A stretch of DNA of 64,000 bases, from contig CAKRFN010000001.1 of assembly GCA_934320655.1 (NCBI GenBank), positions 184,848 through 248,847 of the forward strand. The letters are read 5' to 3'. Origin of the DNA: an uncultured Eubacterium sp. GTDB lineage: Bacteria > Bacillota > Clostridia > Lachnospirales > Lachnospiraceae. Position 1 is the stretch's first letter; each line of letters starts with the position of its first letter. The translations under genes and the position numbers were made by a program. This document shows, piece after piece, positions 40,208 to 49,681 of this stretch. Under the pieces are notes generated by a model. That model had not been told where the DNA came from, searched no databases, and saw nothing but the letters and a program-made list of their open reading frames with translations.

Positions 40208-41440
40208 TCATCCCTGTGCATGTCCATTCACTGTAAAAAACTGCTCGCGCAGAGGTTTGCGCACCTTCTGCCTTGTCAGCTCCATCAGACCCAGCTTTGT
40301 CAGGTCTATTACTTCGGTTTTGACGGAATCTGTCCGTACCAGCTTTCGCATTTCTTTAAGCAGTAACTGACGATCCTCCTCATCATCCAGATCAATAAAA
40401 TCAATGATAATAATGCCGGAGAGGTTACGCAGGCGGATCTGCCTTGCGATCTCATGTGCCGCCTCGAGGTTTACCTGAAGATGTTGCTGTTGCGGCTGCT
40501 TCTTTCCGACATGCTTTGCGCTGTTGACATCGATGACCGTCAGTGCCTCGGTCGGCTCAATCACAAGGTTCGCGCCGGACTTCAGCCAGACGTTCTTTTG
40601 TAAGGCACGTTCCAGTTGTACCTGAAGTGCATACAGCTTCTGAAGTTCCAGCTGCGGATCTTCATAAAAACACAGTTTTTCCTTTAACCCAGGCAGTGCA
40701 TGGGTATCTGCAAACCGTACCAGACCGGCATATACATCCGCGTCATCCGTGATAACCTGTTCGATTGCCCCGGCACCCTCAAGCGGCTGATTCTGCAAAA
40801 TTCTCACATATTCCGGTTCTGCCGCATACAATACGGAGTACAGGCTGCGGTACGGTGCATATTGCAGCAGTTCGCGCATCTGCTGCTGGAGCCTTGTAAC
40901 CTCATCGACCAGAAGCTCTTTTGGAATCTGTGCCGCATTTGTGCGGATAATCAATCCAAGATTATTGTCGTAGACTCCGTTTACCGCTTCCTTTAACCGG
41001 CTGCGTGCTGCGGCATCCAGCTTGTTTGATACGCCCAGCTTATGTCTGCCGCTCGTCACGACACTGTAGCTGCCGGGCAGGGACAGATTGGTGGATACCT
41101 GCGGGTCTTTGGTCTTTACCGCCTCACGCACAACCTGGACCAGCAGCTCATCCCCCTGTGAGAGCACCTGTTTTTGTGAGATCCGCTTGACAAACACCGC
41201 ATCCTCCACATCAGAAAGCGGCAGAAAACACTTTTTTCCTTTTTCGATCTCGACAAATGCAGCGCCGATATTTTTGACGACCTGCGAAACACGTGCTACA
41301 TAGATGTTATTCAATATTTGTACGGGAGCATCCTCCGGTATGCCCTGTGCTTCAACGATCCGATGATCTTCACAGATTGCACAGACAAACGGATGCCTGT
41401 CAAAAAGATCCACCCGCGTGATTACCAGCCGCCGGCTCAT
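40208..41440 (-). CDS. rng: Ribonuclease G/E family (Rng/CafA)
   Basis: S1 domain, DNase-I-like catalytic domain, RNase E/G family length and motifs. Confidence 0.85.
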   Translation of the reverse strand: MSRRLVITRVDLFDRHPFVCAICEDHRIVEAQGIPEDAPVQILNNIYVARVSQVVKNIGAAFVEIEKGKKCFLPLSDVEDAVFVKRISQKQVLSQGDELLVQVVREAVKTKDPQVSTNLSLPGSYSVVTSGRHKLGVSNKLDAAARSRLKEAVNGVYDNNLGLIIRTNAAQIPKELLVDEVTRLQQQMRELLQYAPYRSLYSVLYAAEPEYVRILQNQPLEGAGAIEQVITDDADVYAGLVRFADTHALPGLKEKLCFYEDPQLELQKLYALQVQLERALQKNVWLKSGANLVIEPTEALTVIDVNSAKHVGKKQPQQQHLQVNLEAAHEIARQIRLRNLSGIIIIDFIDLDDEEDRQLLLKEMRKLVRTDSVKTEVIDLTKLGLMELTRQKVRKPLREQFFTVNGHAQG

Positions 41441-42156
41441 GGGATGACCGCTCCCATATCATTTAATGCAACAAAACCGGTCTCTTTCGTGCCGGTATAG
41501 ACATCATGCCGATGTGTCTGGAACGTAAAGTCAGCCAGCTCCAGCCCGAGATATTTATAAAAATGCTCCATGACCAGCTCCGGCTTCGTGTTGTCCGTGC
41601 TTCCGGTCGATACCTTCAGGTAAAATGCCGGTTTTCCTTCAACCTCAACGACCTTGAAGTCATACACGAGCTGCTTTAAGTCGATGATCTTTTCGGACTT
41701 TTTCGTCTGTTTTACGACCTCAATCTTTTCAGGCACTTCATAAAATGCATGAACCCCTTCCTGTAGCTGTTCAACCGTAAGCTCCGTCTCATAGCCCTCA
41801 CGGTAAGTCAGCGTATAGTCCGCACACGAGACGATCGACATCGCAGTCTTGGCGTTATCCGGCAGCTCGCGGTAATCCAACACCCGGAAGCCCTCTACCA
41901 TCGCAGCGTTCAGGGCAGCAACCGCATCCGCTGTCGATCCGGTCGAGTGAACCTCGATATCCAGATATTCGCCGTCACTCGTGATGCCGACACCGAGCGG
42001 TGCGGCAAAGGACATGATCTGGTGCGGTGAAAATCCGGTCGAATAGGCAATATCAATATCTGCCCGGCGCATCGCTTTCTGAAAATACCGCATCGTATCC
42101 AGATGTCCGATAAACTTCATGTTTCCGGATTTTGCGAATTTAATTCTGATTTTCAA
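41437..42156 (-). CDS. TIGR03936/DUF2344 radical-SAM-linked protein
   Basis: N-terminus (M)KIRIKFAKSGNMKFIGHLD typical of the family; TTG start with GGAGGAGG RBS; overlaps the upstream radical-SAM gene by 17 nt. Confidence 0.75.
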   Translation of the reverse strand: MKIRIKFAKSGNMKFIGHLDTMRYFQKAMRRADIDIAYSTGFSPHQIMSFAAPLGVGITSDGEYLDIEVHSTGSTADAVAALNAAMVEGFRVLDYRELPDNAKTAMSIVSCADYTLTYREGYETELTVEQLQEGVHAFYEVPEKIEVVKQTKKSEKIIDLKQLVYDFKVVEVEGKPAFYLKVSTGSTDNTKPELVMEHFYKYLGLELADFTFQTHRHDVYTGTKETGFVALNDMGAVIP

Positions 42157-44017
42157 AGCACACACCTCCTCCGTATTTTCTCGCTCCACAGCCGGAACAG
42201 CCCATGCGGCAGTTCGGCGTGACGGTCTGTTCACAGGCTTTCTTCCACTCGCGCGTGAGAAACTCCTTTGTCACACCCGCGTCGATGAAATCCCACGGGA
42301 ACAGTTCGTCCAGCTCCCGCTGGCGCAGCGTATAGAAAGCGACATCGATACCGGTCTCGGCAAATGCTTCGAGCCAGCGTTCATTGTCAAAATATTCGGA
42401 CCACGCATCAAACAGCGCGCCCTTTTCATACGCACGTTCGATCGCGGCTGCGATCCGCCTGTCACCGCGTGCAAACACTCCCTCAAGTACCGTCACATCT
42501 GCTTCATGCCAGTTGTAACGGATGCTCTTGCGGTTCAACTGATTTTTAACCGCCTCATTGACGACCTTCGCTTTTCCAAGATATTCATCCACCGTACACA
42601 TCGGTGCCCACTGCAACGGCGTAAACGGCTTCGGCACAAAAAAGGAGGTAGAAATCGTGATCTGGCATTTTCCGTTGCGCTGATCCTTCGGTATCTCATA
42701 ATAGCGCACGGCAATATCATTGGCGAGCTCTGCGATCGCCTGCATATCTTCTACGGTCTCGGTCGGCAGCCCGAGCATAAAGTACAGCTTTACCTTCTGC
42801 CAGCCGCCCTCAAACGCCTGTCCCGCACCGTTTAAAATAATCTCCTTTGTCAGACCCTTGTTGATCACATCACGCATGCGCTGTGAGCCTGCCTCAGGCG
42901 CGAACGTTAAGCTGCTTTTTTTAATATCCTGAACCTTTCCCATCACATCCAGTGAAAAGGCATCGATACGCAGCGACGGAAGGGAGATATTGACCCCTTT
43001 TTCGTGGAAGTTATCGATCAAAAAGTTGACCAGCCCCTCCAGCTGCGAATAATCACTCGAACTGAGAGAGCTCAGTGAAATCTCCTCATGTCCGGTGCTT
43101 TTTAACATCTCATAAGCATAGGCTTTTAACTGTTCAAGGTCTTTCTCACGTGTCGGGCGATAGATCATGCCAGCCTGACAGAACCGGCAGCCACGGATAC
43201 AGCCTCTCTGAATCTCCAGAACGACACGGTCCTGCGTTGCCTTGATAAACGGCACGAGCGGCTTTCTCGGATACGGCGCCTCTGTCATATCCATGACTAA
43301 CTGCTTTTCGACCTTTGCCGGAATATCTTCATATTTCGGCGTAAATGCACATAGACAGCCATCCTCGCCATAAGTGACCTCATACATCGAAGGCACATAA
43401 ATACCGGGGATCTGCGCTGCACGGCGCAAGAAATCCGTCCGGCTATAGCCCTCCTGGCGGCACTGCTTATATAATTCGAATAAGGCATCATAGCTGATCT
43501 CACCCTCACCGATATAAAATAGGTCAAAAAACTCTGCAATCGGCTCCGGATTGTACGTGCAGGGACCGCCGCCGATCACGATCGGCATATCGTCCCCACG
43601 CTCACTCGCATGAAGCGGAATCTGCGAGAGATCCAGCACCTGTAAAATATTTGTATAACACATCTCGTACTGTATCGTAATGCCGAGAAAATCAAACGCT
43701 TTGATCGGATCCTGTGTCTCGAGCGCAAACAGCGGGATCTGCTGTTCCTTCATGATCCGGCTCAGATCCGGCCACGGAGAATAGACGCGCTCGCAATACA
43801 CATCACTCCTGCGGTTAAACATATCGTATAAGATCTGGATGCCAAGATGCGACATGCCGATCTCATACACATCCGGAAAACACATCGCAAAACGAATATC
43901 CACCGAAGCCGGATCTTTTTTTATCATATTTAATTCCCCGCCGATATAGCGCGCCGGCTGGTCAATCGTCAGTAATATCTCATCAGACAATGCGAGTCTG
44001 CTCATAAGTACCTCCAT
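42140..44017 (-). CDS. TIGR03960-family B12-binding-domain radical SAM protein
   Basis: CxxxCxxC cluster (IRGCRFCQAG); N-terminal B12-like domain; conserved pairing with DUF2344 and rng. Confidence 0.8.
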   Translation of the reverse strand: MEVLMSRLALSDEILLTIDQPARYIGGELNMIKKDPASVDIRFAMCFPDVYEIGMSHLGIQILYDMFNRRSDVYCERVYSPWPDLSRIMKEQQIPLFALETQDPIKAFDFLGITIQYEMCYTNILQVLDLSQIPLHASERGDDMPIVIGGGPCTYNPEPIAEFFDLFYIGEGEISYDALFELYKQCRQEGYSRTDFLRRAAQIPGIYVPSMYEVTYGEDGCLCAFTPKYEDIPAKVEKQLVMDMTEAPYPRKPLVPFIKATQDRVVLEIQRGCIRGCRFCQAGMIYRPTREKDLEQLKAYAYEMLKSTGHEEISLSSLSSSDYSQLEGLVNFLIDNFHEKGVNISLPSLRIDAFSLDVMGKVQDIKKSSLTFAPEAGSQRMRDVINKGLTKEIILNGAGQAFEGGWQKVKLYFMLGLPTETVEDMQAIAELANDIAVRYYEIPKDQRNGKCQITISTSFFVPKPFTPLQWAPMCTVDEYLGKAKVVNEAVKNQLNRKSIRYNWHEADVTVLEGVFARGDRRIAAAIERAYEKGALFDAWSEYFDNERWLEAFAETGIDVAFYTLRQRELDELFPWDFIDAGVTKEFLTREWKKACEQTVTPNCRMGCSGCGARKYGGGVCFENQN

Positions 44018-44031
44018 ATGCTTTTCTTACA

Positions 44032-44328
44032 CTATTTATCTGCAAATAGCATCATAACATACTTTTCGGCATTTGTATAATCATCTTTTTCAATCTCAGA
44101 GGCGATCGTTGTTGTTGAGCAGTCCAATACTTTGTAATCGGTAATATCCGCCAGCACAAACAGTAAAAACAACAGGATTCCGAGTACGATACGGAGTGCC
44201 AGCGTCCTGCCGAGCACGGTTTCCTCCTGTGCGGTGCTTTCATGTCCCCAGTCATTTTCCTGTTCATGGAAGGATTCCCTTGCCCTGCGGACGTATTCCT
44301 TTCGTGCATCAATCTGATCGTATGTCAT
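44032..44328 (-). CDS. Hypothetical small single-pass membrane protein
   Basis: One TM helix (LALRIVLGILLFLLFVLADI); GGGAGGGAG RBS; sits immediately downstream of the large surface-protein gene. Confidence 0.4.
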   Translation of the reverse strand: MTYDQIDARKEYVRRARESFHEQENDWGHESTAQEETVLGRTLALRIVLGILLFLLFVLADITDYKVLDCSTTTIASEIEKDDYTNAEKYVMMLFADK

Positions 44329-44433
44329 CGTGTCTGCTCCCTCCCATCATCGCTTGCATCCGATGTTCCTTTGTTAGCATAAATTTATGCAGTTGCAGAC
44401 AAACTATGCGTAATTTTCCGGGGAAAGTTCTGC

Positions 44434-47400
44434 TTACCAGATCGCGAACAGCAGCCGTCTGCGGTTGCCCGCCTGATCCGTTGCTTTCAGAAAATAAATG
44501 CCCCGCTTTCTTAACGTAAAGTCAGCCTTCACCTTTTTTTCGTTCAGACGGACTTCACGCAGCAATGCATTATCGCTCACATGGATCCGGCGGCTTTTAT
44601 GATAAAAGCGCAGATGTCTGATCCCTGATATGACCGGACGTTTGCGGTCGATCACAAAATAGTTCGTCTGCTGTCTGATGATCCGGTCTCCGTAAACAAG
44701 CTGAAAGATCACGCGCCGCGCACGCATATCCAGTCTGTCCTCCGTGAGCGTCAGGGACGGCGTATCCATCGGTATCCATTCTGTCTGTGAGGCAGTTTCG
44801 CCCAGATGAATGATCTGATAGCTGCATACCGCACCGTCCGGCATCGTGACATCAAACCGCACATCCTTTTTCGTATAAAAGACTGTATCATCCGCCTGCG
44901 TTTCTTCCAGCAATACAATTCCCTGCTGCGAAATCTGAATATGCACCGGCACATTTTCCGACTGCGCATGATTCTTTTCATCGGTTCGCGCACCGGTCAG
45001 GTGGGAAGTGCCTGCGGCAGCTGTATCTCCACGCGAATCACTTCCAGTTGAGGTATTTCCGGTCGAAGAACCTCCACTTGAAGAACCTCCGGTAAAACCT
45101 CCTCCGGAAGAAGATCCTCCGCTTGAACTTCCACCTGTGGAACCGCCTGTGCCTGAAGCATTTCCGTTGGAACTATCTCCGGTGGAATCTCCATCGTCAG
45201 GATTACTTTCACCGTCAGTGTTTTCGTCAGATCCGGACGCTCCGGCAGGCGGCTGTGAGGGATCTGTCGTATCCGTATCTGTATCCTGATCTCCATCGGT
45301 GTCCGTACCTGTACCGGCATCTGTGCCCGCGTCTGTATCTGAATCTGTATTTGAATCCTTATCGGCGTCGCTGTCTGATTCCGTACCGCCATCCGCATCC
45401 GTACCTGTATCTTTATCCGTATCGCCATCCGTATCACCGTCTGCATCGGTATCGCCATTTGTGTCACCGTCAGAAGGTGTGGTATCGTCCGTATCCGGTT
45501 TCTGTTCGATCAGATCTTCTTCTGAATAACGGTTTTTTCCGGCATCTTCGCTCACATCCAGAGACGCCGACAGTTCATATGAGACATCATCAATGATCAG
45601 CCGGAACTGATGTGTTCCTACTGTCGCCAGAAACGTAAAATAACCGTCTGCGTTTGTGACGACCTCATAAACGGTTCCATCCAGTTCAAATGCCATCGGA
45701 TATTCTGCTTTTCCGGTGTGGATCGTAACGAGCCGGATCGGTGCACCTGCGAGGTCTCGGAGTTCTCCCGCAAAGTCCTCCGGCACATAGATCTGGATAT
45801 TCGGCGCAATCTGATCCAGCCATAAAATAGCATCCTTTCTCGTGACTGACACACAATTTAAGGTTTCATCCTGTGACAGACATACGTTTGCCCGTGTACG
45901 GATCTGCTCCTCACCAAATGAGACGGTTTCCTCCTCGATCGTAATCGGTGCAAGGGAGCAGTTCAGCTCCAGCAGCAGCTCCGACTGGCTGACCGCCAAC
46001 GGCTCATGGATCTGCCATGTACCGCGAAAGACGAACGACGCGCGTTCCAGCCGAATCTCGCAGGTTCCTTCCGGAAGCAGCACCCGCAGCATCTGGTCTG
46101 CCGGTGTGAGCACATGTTTTTCTCCGTTTAAATACAGGTCGTAATTGTCCGGTACATCCGGTGTAAATGTAACCTGGAACAGCCGTGTTCCGTCTACCTG
46201 GCTCAGCGAACCCTCGCAGGTTTCATAGTCCGGTCTCTGGTCACCTTCAAAGATCAGTGTTGCTCCCTCTGCGACCAGAATCCGCCGGATCTTTACTACA
46301 TCCTCCATACGCACCGTGACAACTGCGCTGCCCTTGATCTCCAATGTATCCAGATCCGTCCGCCCGAAAATCAGCCGGTGTGATCCGCCATCGATGGTCA
46401 GCGTGTTGTCACTGATGCCGCTGATCGTGTAATCGCCGCTGTATTCATACGTTTGGCCTTGATAGCGGTAGGAATTCTCATAAATCTCAGCTCCTGCGGC
46501 TGCCACATCCAGCCGTCCGTATGCATGTAACTGAAAGGTATTGTACTCTGCGGCGCGTCTGATACGGATCGTCGCTCCGTAGGGTCTGCTGTCGTTCATC
46601 CGCACGCGCTGTGTTCCGATACCGAGATAGGTGGATAACTGCCCGCTGCCGTCCAGCCGCGTCGAGGTCCACAATTCATTTGCAGATGCCGAAACCGCCT
46701 GATTTGCCAATTCTCCTCCGGTCTTTAACAGACATCTGGAACAGCTTGCCTCCTCCGAATTTCTGATTTCCGCGGACGGCACAAAATCACCGCCTAAAAT
46801 AGCTGTCAGATCGGTGGTGATCACCGCACCCTTGACGATTCCGTTGATCGCACCGCCGATAAACCGCTGATCGCTGTAGACGGACGGATTGGCATAACCC
46901 GCCCACCGGCTGCCTTTTTCACCCGCACAGGCTGTGACCGTCCATTCACTGTTCTCTGAATCGATTCTGCCGCCGTTACCGTCTGCCGGATGATAGACAT
47001 TCTCATAGTCACCGGAAGTTGTTCCGTACATGCTCATTTCATAGTTCCGATAATCTCCGGCATTTGCACCGCAGGCGGCTGTCTCACAGGTAATGAAGGA
47101 GTTTCTTGCAATGACCGTACCCCCGTTGCCGCCTCTGGTTCCTGTGACATCATAGCTGCTTCCGGCCCCTGCGGTGATGTCCGAACGCACGAGGTTGTGG
47201 CCGTTTCCGCCGCTGGCGATGTCCTTTGCAGAAAGTGTCGAATCCGTAATCTCTACCATGACGCCGTCAAGCCCTTTTTGCGTACCGCCTTTGCTGATTT
47301 CCGGCAGATCCTGCTGCTTTGCCACATTTCCGCCGACAACGACCGTGCTGTGATTGCGGATGCTGACCGGCTGCGCGCTCTGTGTCGTACCGGAAATATG

Positions 47401-48213
47401 GTCGTAATAGTTGCCTGCAATACCGCCTTCTCCGCCTTTTCCGCCGATCGCAATGTTGCCGCCGACCGATACCTCGCTCTGGTCGATCACTACCGTTCCC
47501 GCGGTGCCTCCGTCGGACGCATCCGCAGTCCATGAGCCCAGACTTCTGATTCCGTTACCTCCGCAGGCGATATTGCCATGAACGGTTAATCTGGAACGGG
47601 AAATCGACACACTGGGAGATGCATTGCTGCCGGGCGACGCATTTGCGACTGTCACACTGCTTCCGTCGATCGTATAATCGATGCCATCCCTGCCGCAGCC
47701 CAGATCCTGACAGACAAAAGTACAAGACTCAATCTGTATGTTTGCACCGGTCTGCGTCGTACCTGCACTGCTGCAGGCGACCTGTCCCGCGGAGAGCATC
47801 GCATCCGGTGTCTCGCCCTTGATCAAAACGTTGGTATTTGCTCCGCCGACCGCCAGAATGTCATACAGGCTGCTGCTCCCTCGCAGCAGGACAGTCACAC
47901 GGCAGCCATCCGAAACCGTGAGATTTGCCTGATTGACGACATTGTCCAGAATAATGGTACAGTCCGTCATCGCCTGAATCGGAACTGCATATGCACGTCC
48001 GGGACTGCCGTAAAGCCGCAAAATGCTGCCTGGTATATGGATGTTCAAATTGGAGACATAGTCGAGTGATACGGATGAGATCTGGCTTTCCGCATAAGTA
48101 TCGCCGGCATATACGACTGCCGGTGTGTGTGAAACCGCGCAGCAAAGCATCAATACCGCCGCCAGAAGCTGTTTTTTCCGCTTTAATGTTTGTAATATCT
48201 GGTTTGTTTTCAT
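44434..48213 (-). CDS. Large secreted Gly-rich beta-helix-like surface protein with D/T/G low-complexity linker, a CarD_reg-like domain and a basic C-terminal domain
   Basis: Signal peptide MKTNQILQTLKRKKQLLAAVLMLCCAVSHTPAVVYA; repeated GGNG/GGxG beta-helix-like repeats; TNADGYFTF motif; ~170-aa acidic linker; ATG 48213 has a GGAGGA RBS (ORF track starts at GTG 48231). Confidence 0.75.
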   Translation of the reverse strand: MKTNQILQTLKRKKQLLAAVLMLCCAVSHTPAVVYAGDTYAESQISSVSLDYVSNLNIHIPGSILRLYGSPGRAYAVPIQAMTDCTIILDNVVNQANLTVSDGCRVTVLLRGSSSLYDILAVGGANTNVLIKGETPDAMLSAGQVACSSAGTTQTGANIQIESCTFVCQDLGCGRDGIDYTIDGSSVTVANASPGSNASPSVSISRSRLTVHGNIACGGNGIRSLGSWTADASDGGTAGTVVIDQSEVSVGGNIAIGGKGGEGGIAGNYYDHISGTTQSAQPVSIRNHSTVVVGGNVAKQQDLPEISKGGTQKGLDGVMVEITDSTLSAKDIASGGNGHNLVRSDITAGAGSSYDVTGTRGGNGGTVIARNSFITCETAACGANAGDYRNYEMSMYGTTSGDYENVYHPADGNGGRIDSENSEWTVTACAGEKGSRWAGYANPSVYSDQRFIGGAINGIVKGAVITTDLTAILGGDFVPSAEIRNSEEASCSRCLLKTGGELANQAVSASANELWTSTRLDGSGQLSTYLGIGTQRVRMNDSRPYGATIRIRRAAEYNTFQLHAYGRLDVAAAGAEIYENSYRYQGQTYEYSGDYTISGISDNTLTIDGGSHRLIFGRTDLDTLEIKGSAVVTVRMEDVVKIRRILVAEGATLIFEGDQRPDYETCEGSLSQVDGTRLFQVTFTPDVPDNYDLYLNGEKHVLTPADQMLRVLLPEGTCEIRLERASFVFRGTWQIHEPLAVSQSELLLELNCSLAPITIEEETVSFGEEQIRTRANVCLSQDETLNCVSVTRKDAILWLDQIAPNIQIYVPEDFAGELRDLAGAPIRLVTIHTGKAEYPMAFELDGTVYEVVTNADGYFTFLATVGTHQFRLIIDDVSYELSASLDVSEDAGKNRYSEEDLIEQKPDTDDTTPSDGDTNGDTDADGDTDGDTDKDTGTDADGGTESDSDADKDSNTDSDTDAGTDAGTGTDTDGDQDTDTDTTDPSQPPAGASGSDENTDGESNPDDGDSTGDSSNGNASGTGGSTGGSSSGGSSSGGGFTGGSSSGGSSTGNTSTGSDSRGDTAAAGTSHLTGARTDEKNHAQSENVPVHIQISQQGIVLLEETQADDTVFYTKKDVRFDVTMPDGAVCSYQIIHLGETASQTEWIPMDTPSLTLTEDRLDMRARRVIFQLVYGDRIIRQQTNYFVIDRKRPVISGIRHLRFYHKSRRIHVSDNALLREVRLNEKKVKADFTLRKRGIYFLKATDQAGNRRRLLFAIW

Positions 48214-48328
48214 GAAATTCCTCCGTTGCACTGAAAACCGACCGCATGAAAGCTGTGCAACAGGGTAAAAAAGAATAGGATGTTATTATACACACAATGT
48301 GCTAGAAAAATCAACTGGTAAAACCAAC

Positions 48329-48372
48329 AAAAAAATGTATGCACAATTTTCACATTGTGCATACATTTTTTT
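48329..48372. terminator. Bidirectional rho-independent terminator at the end of the his operon
   Basis: 13-bp stem ATGTATGCACAAT / ATTGTGCATACAT with a 6-nt loop, flanked by an A-run and a T-run. Confidence 0.65.
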
Positions 48373-49651
48373 AACGTTGTGCTAATTCTTTAGTGACGTC
48401 TTCCCATGTCACTCCGGTTTCGACCATCATCGCGGTCAGATAATACAACAGATCCGAGATCTCATACTTGATGTGCTCGGGATTCGGATTTTTCGCGGCG
48501 ATCACGACCTCCGTCGTCTCCTCGCCGAGTTTTTTCAACATCTCATCAAGCCCTTTATCGAACAGCTCGCTGATGTAAGAGCCCTGCTTCGGATTCGTCT
48601 TGATGTCCATAAGTGACTGGTAGCTGTTTTCAAACACCTTGAGCGGATTTTTCTCGACATACTCTTTTTTGACAATCTCATTGAAAAAGCAGGTCGGGCT
48701 GCCGGTGTGGCATGCCACGCCGACCTGTGATACCTTTGCGAGTATCGTGTCATAGTCACAGTCCGCCGTGAGCGATTTGACATACTGTAAATGTCCGGAG
48801 GTAAGCCCTTTCGTCCACAGCTCGTTCCGGCTGCGGCTGAAATAGGTCATTTTGCCGCTGGAAAGCGTCTTGTAATACGCCTCTTCATTCATATAGGCAA
48901 CCATCAGCACTTCATCCGTGCGGTAATCCTGTACGACACACGGCACCATGCCGTCCGAATTTTTCTTTAACTGTGCCCACTGGATCTCCGGCTTGAAATT
49001 GTCCATCCAAAGACCTGCCTCATCCAGATTCGTCTTGTACTGCATAATATCGGTCTGTGGGTCATTGAAGAGTGCGCCGCAGATTCCGCGCGCATTTTCA
49101 CGCTCTAAGAGCGCATAGATCTCTGCAAAATCCGATCCGTCGTACAGCACGACGTAGGGAGTGTTCGACAGATTGTCCACCGCATCCAGCACCGATTCAT
49201 CCATGACGAGCACCTCGTGAAACAGCTCGTTCATTTCCGCCTGATTTTTAAATATAAAGTCGACATTATGCACAGATACGAGAATACGGTCTTTTCCGTA
49301 ACGATCCGCAGCCATACGCGCCAGATCCAGACAACCGCCCTTTGCCGCATTAAACATGATCTGTTTGCAGCCGGCATAAATAAGTTTTTTCACATCCTCC
49401 ATCCGGCGCAGATTGCCGCCACCGCAGGTCGGAATGTCGATCATGCGGTTGAGCTCGCGGATCGCCTCTATGTTTTTGGCGTGTTCATCGTCATCGTCGG
49501 ACAGATCAAATACGAATATTTTGTCAATACCGCTGTCATTATATATTTTTGCATAGGTTTGCAATTCACCGATCGGCGTCAGGTCGCGATAATTCCTGAC
49601 TGGTTGTCCGTCCTTGAGGTAAAGTGTCGCTACCAGAATTTTTTTGTCCAT
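48371..49651 (-). CDS. hisIE: Phosphoribosyl-AMP cyclohydrolase / phosphoribosyl-ATP diphosphatase (HisIE) fused to an N-terminal HisA/HisF-like TIM-barrel domain that looks degenerate
   Basis: HisI motifs (VPCVVQD...FSRSR..LW.KG.TSG...DCD.D...CHTG..CFF), HisE C-terminus, and an N-terminal ~220 aa aligning to HisF (IDIPTCGGGNL, FNAAKG). Confidence 0.85.
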   Translation of the reverse strand: MDKKILVATLYLKDGQPVRNYRDLTPIGELQTYAKIYNDSGIDKIFVFDLSDDDDEHAKNIEAIRELNRMIDIPTCGGGNLRRMEDVKKLIYAGCKQIMFNAAKGGCLDLARMAADRYGKDRILVSVHNVDFIFKNQAEMNELFHEVLVMDESVLDAVDNLSNTPYVVLYDGSDFAEIYALLERENARGICGALFNDPQTDIMQYKTNLDEAGLWMDNFKPEIQWAQLKKNSDGMVPCVVQDYRTDEVLMVAYMNEEAYYKTLSSGKMTYFSRSRNELWTKGLTSGHLQYVKSLTADCDYDTILAKVSQVGVACHTGSPTCFFNEIVKKEYVEKNPLKVFENSYQSLMDIKTNPKQGSYISELFDKGLDEMLKKLGEETTEVVIAAKNPNPEHIKYEISDLLYYLTAMMVETGVTWEDVTKELAQR

Positions 49652-49681
49652 AAGTCTCTTTTAACTACCTTCCTGAAATAA

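Noticed and set aside
45000-45600. Periodic repetitive DNA resembling a repeat array; possible CRISPR
   Set aside because: There are no regular repeat-spacer units. The periodicity is codon-level (GAY/ACN/GGN), encoding the D/T/G low-complexity linker of the large surface protein, and the many overlapping ORFs on both strands are artefacts of that composition.
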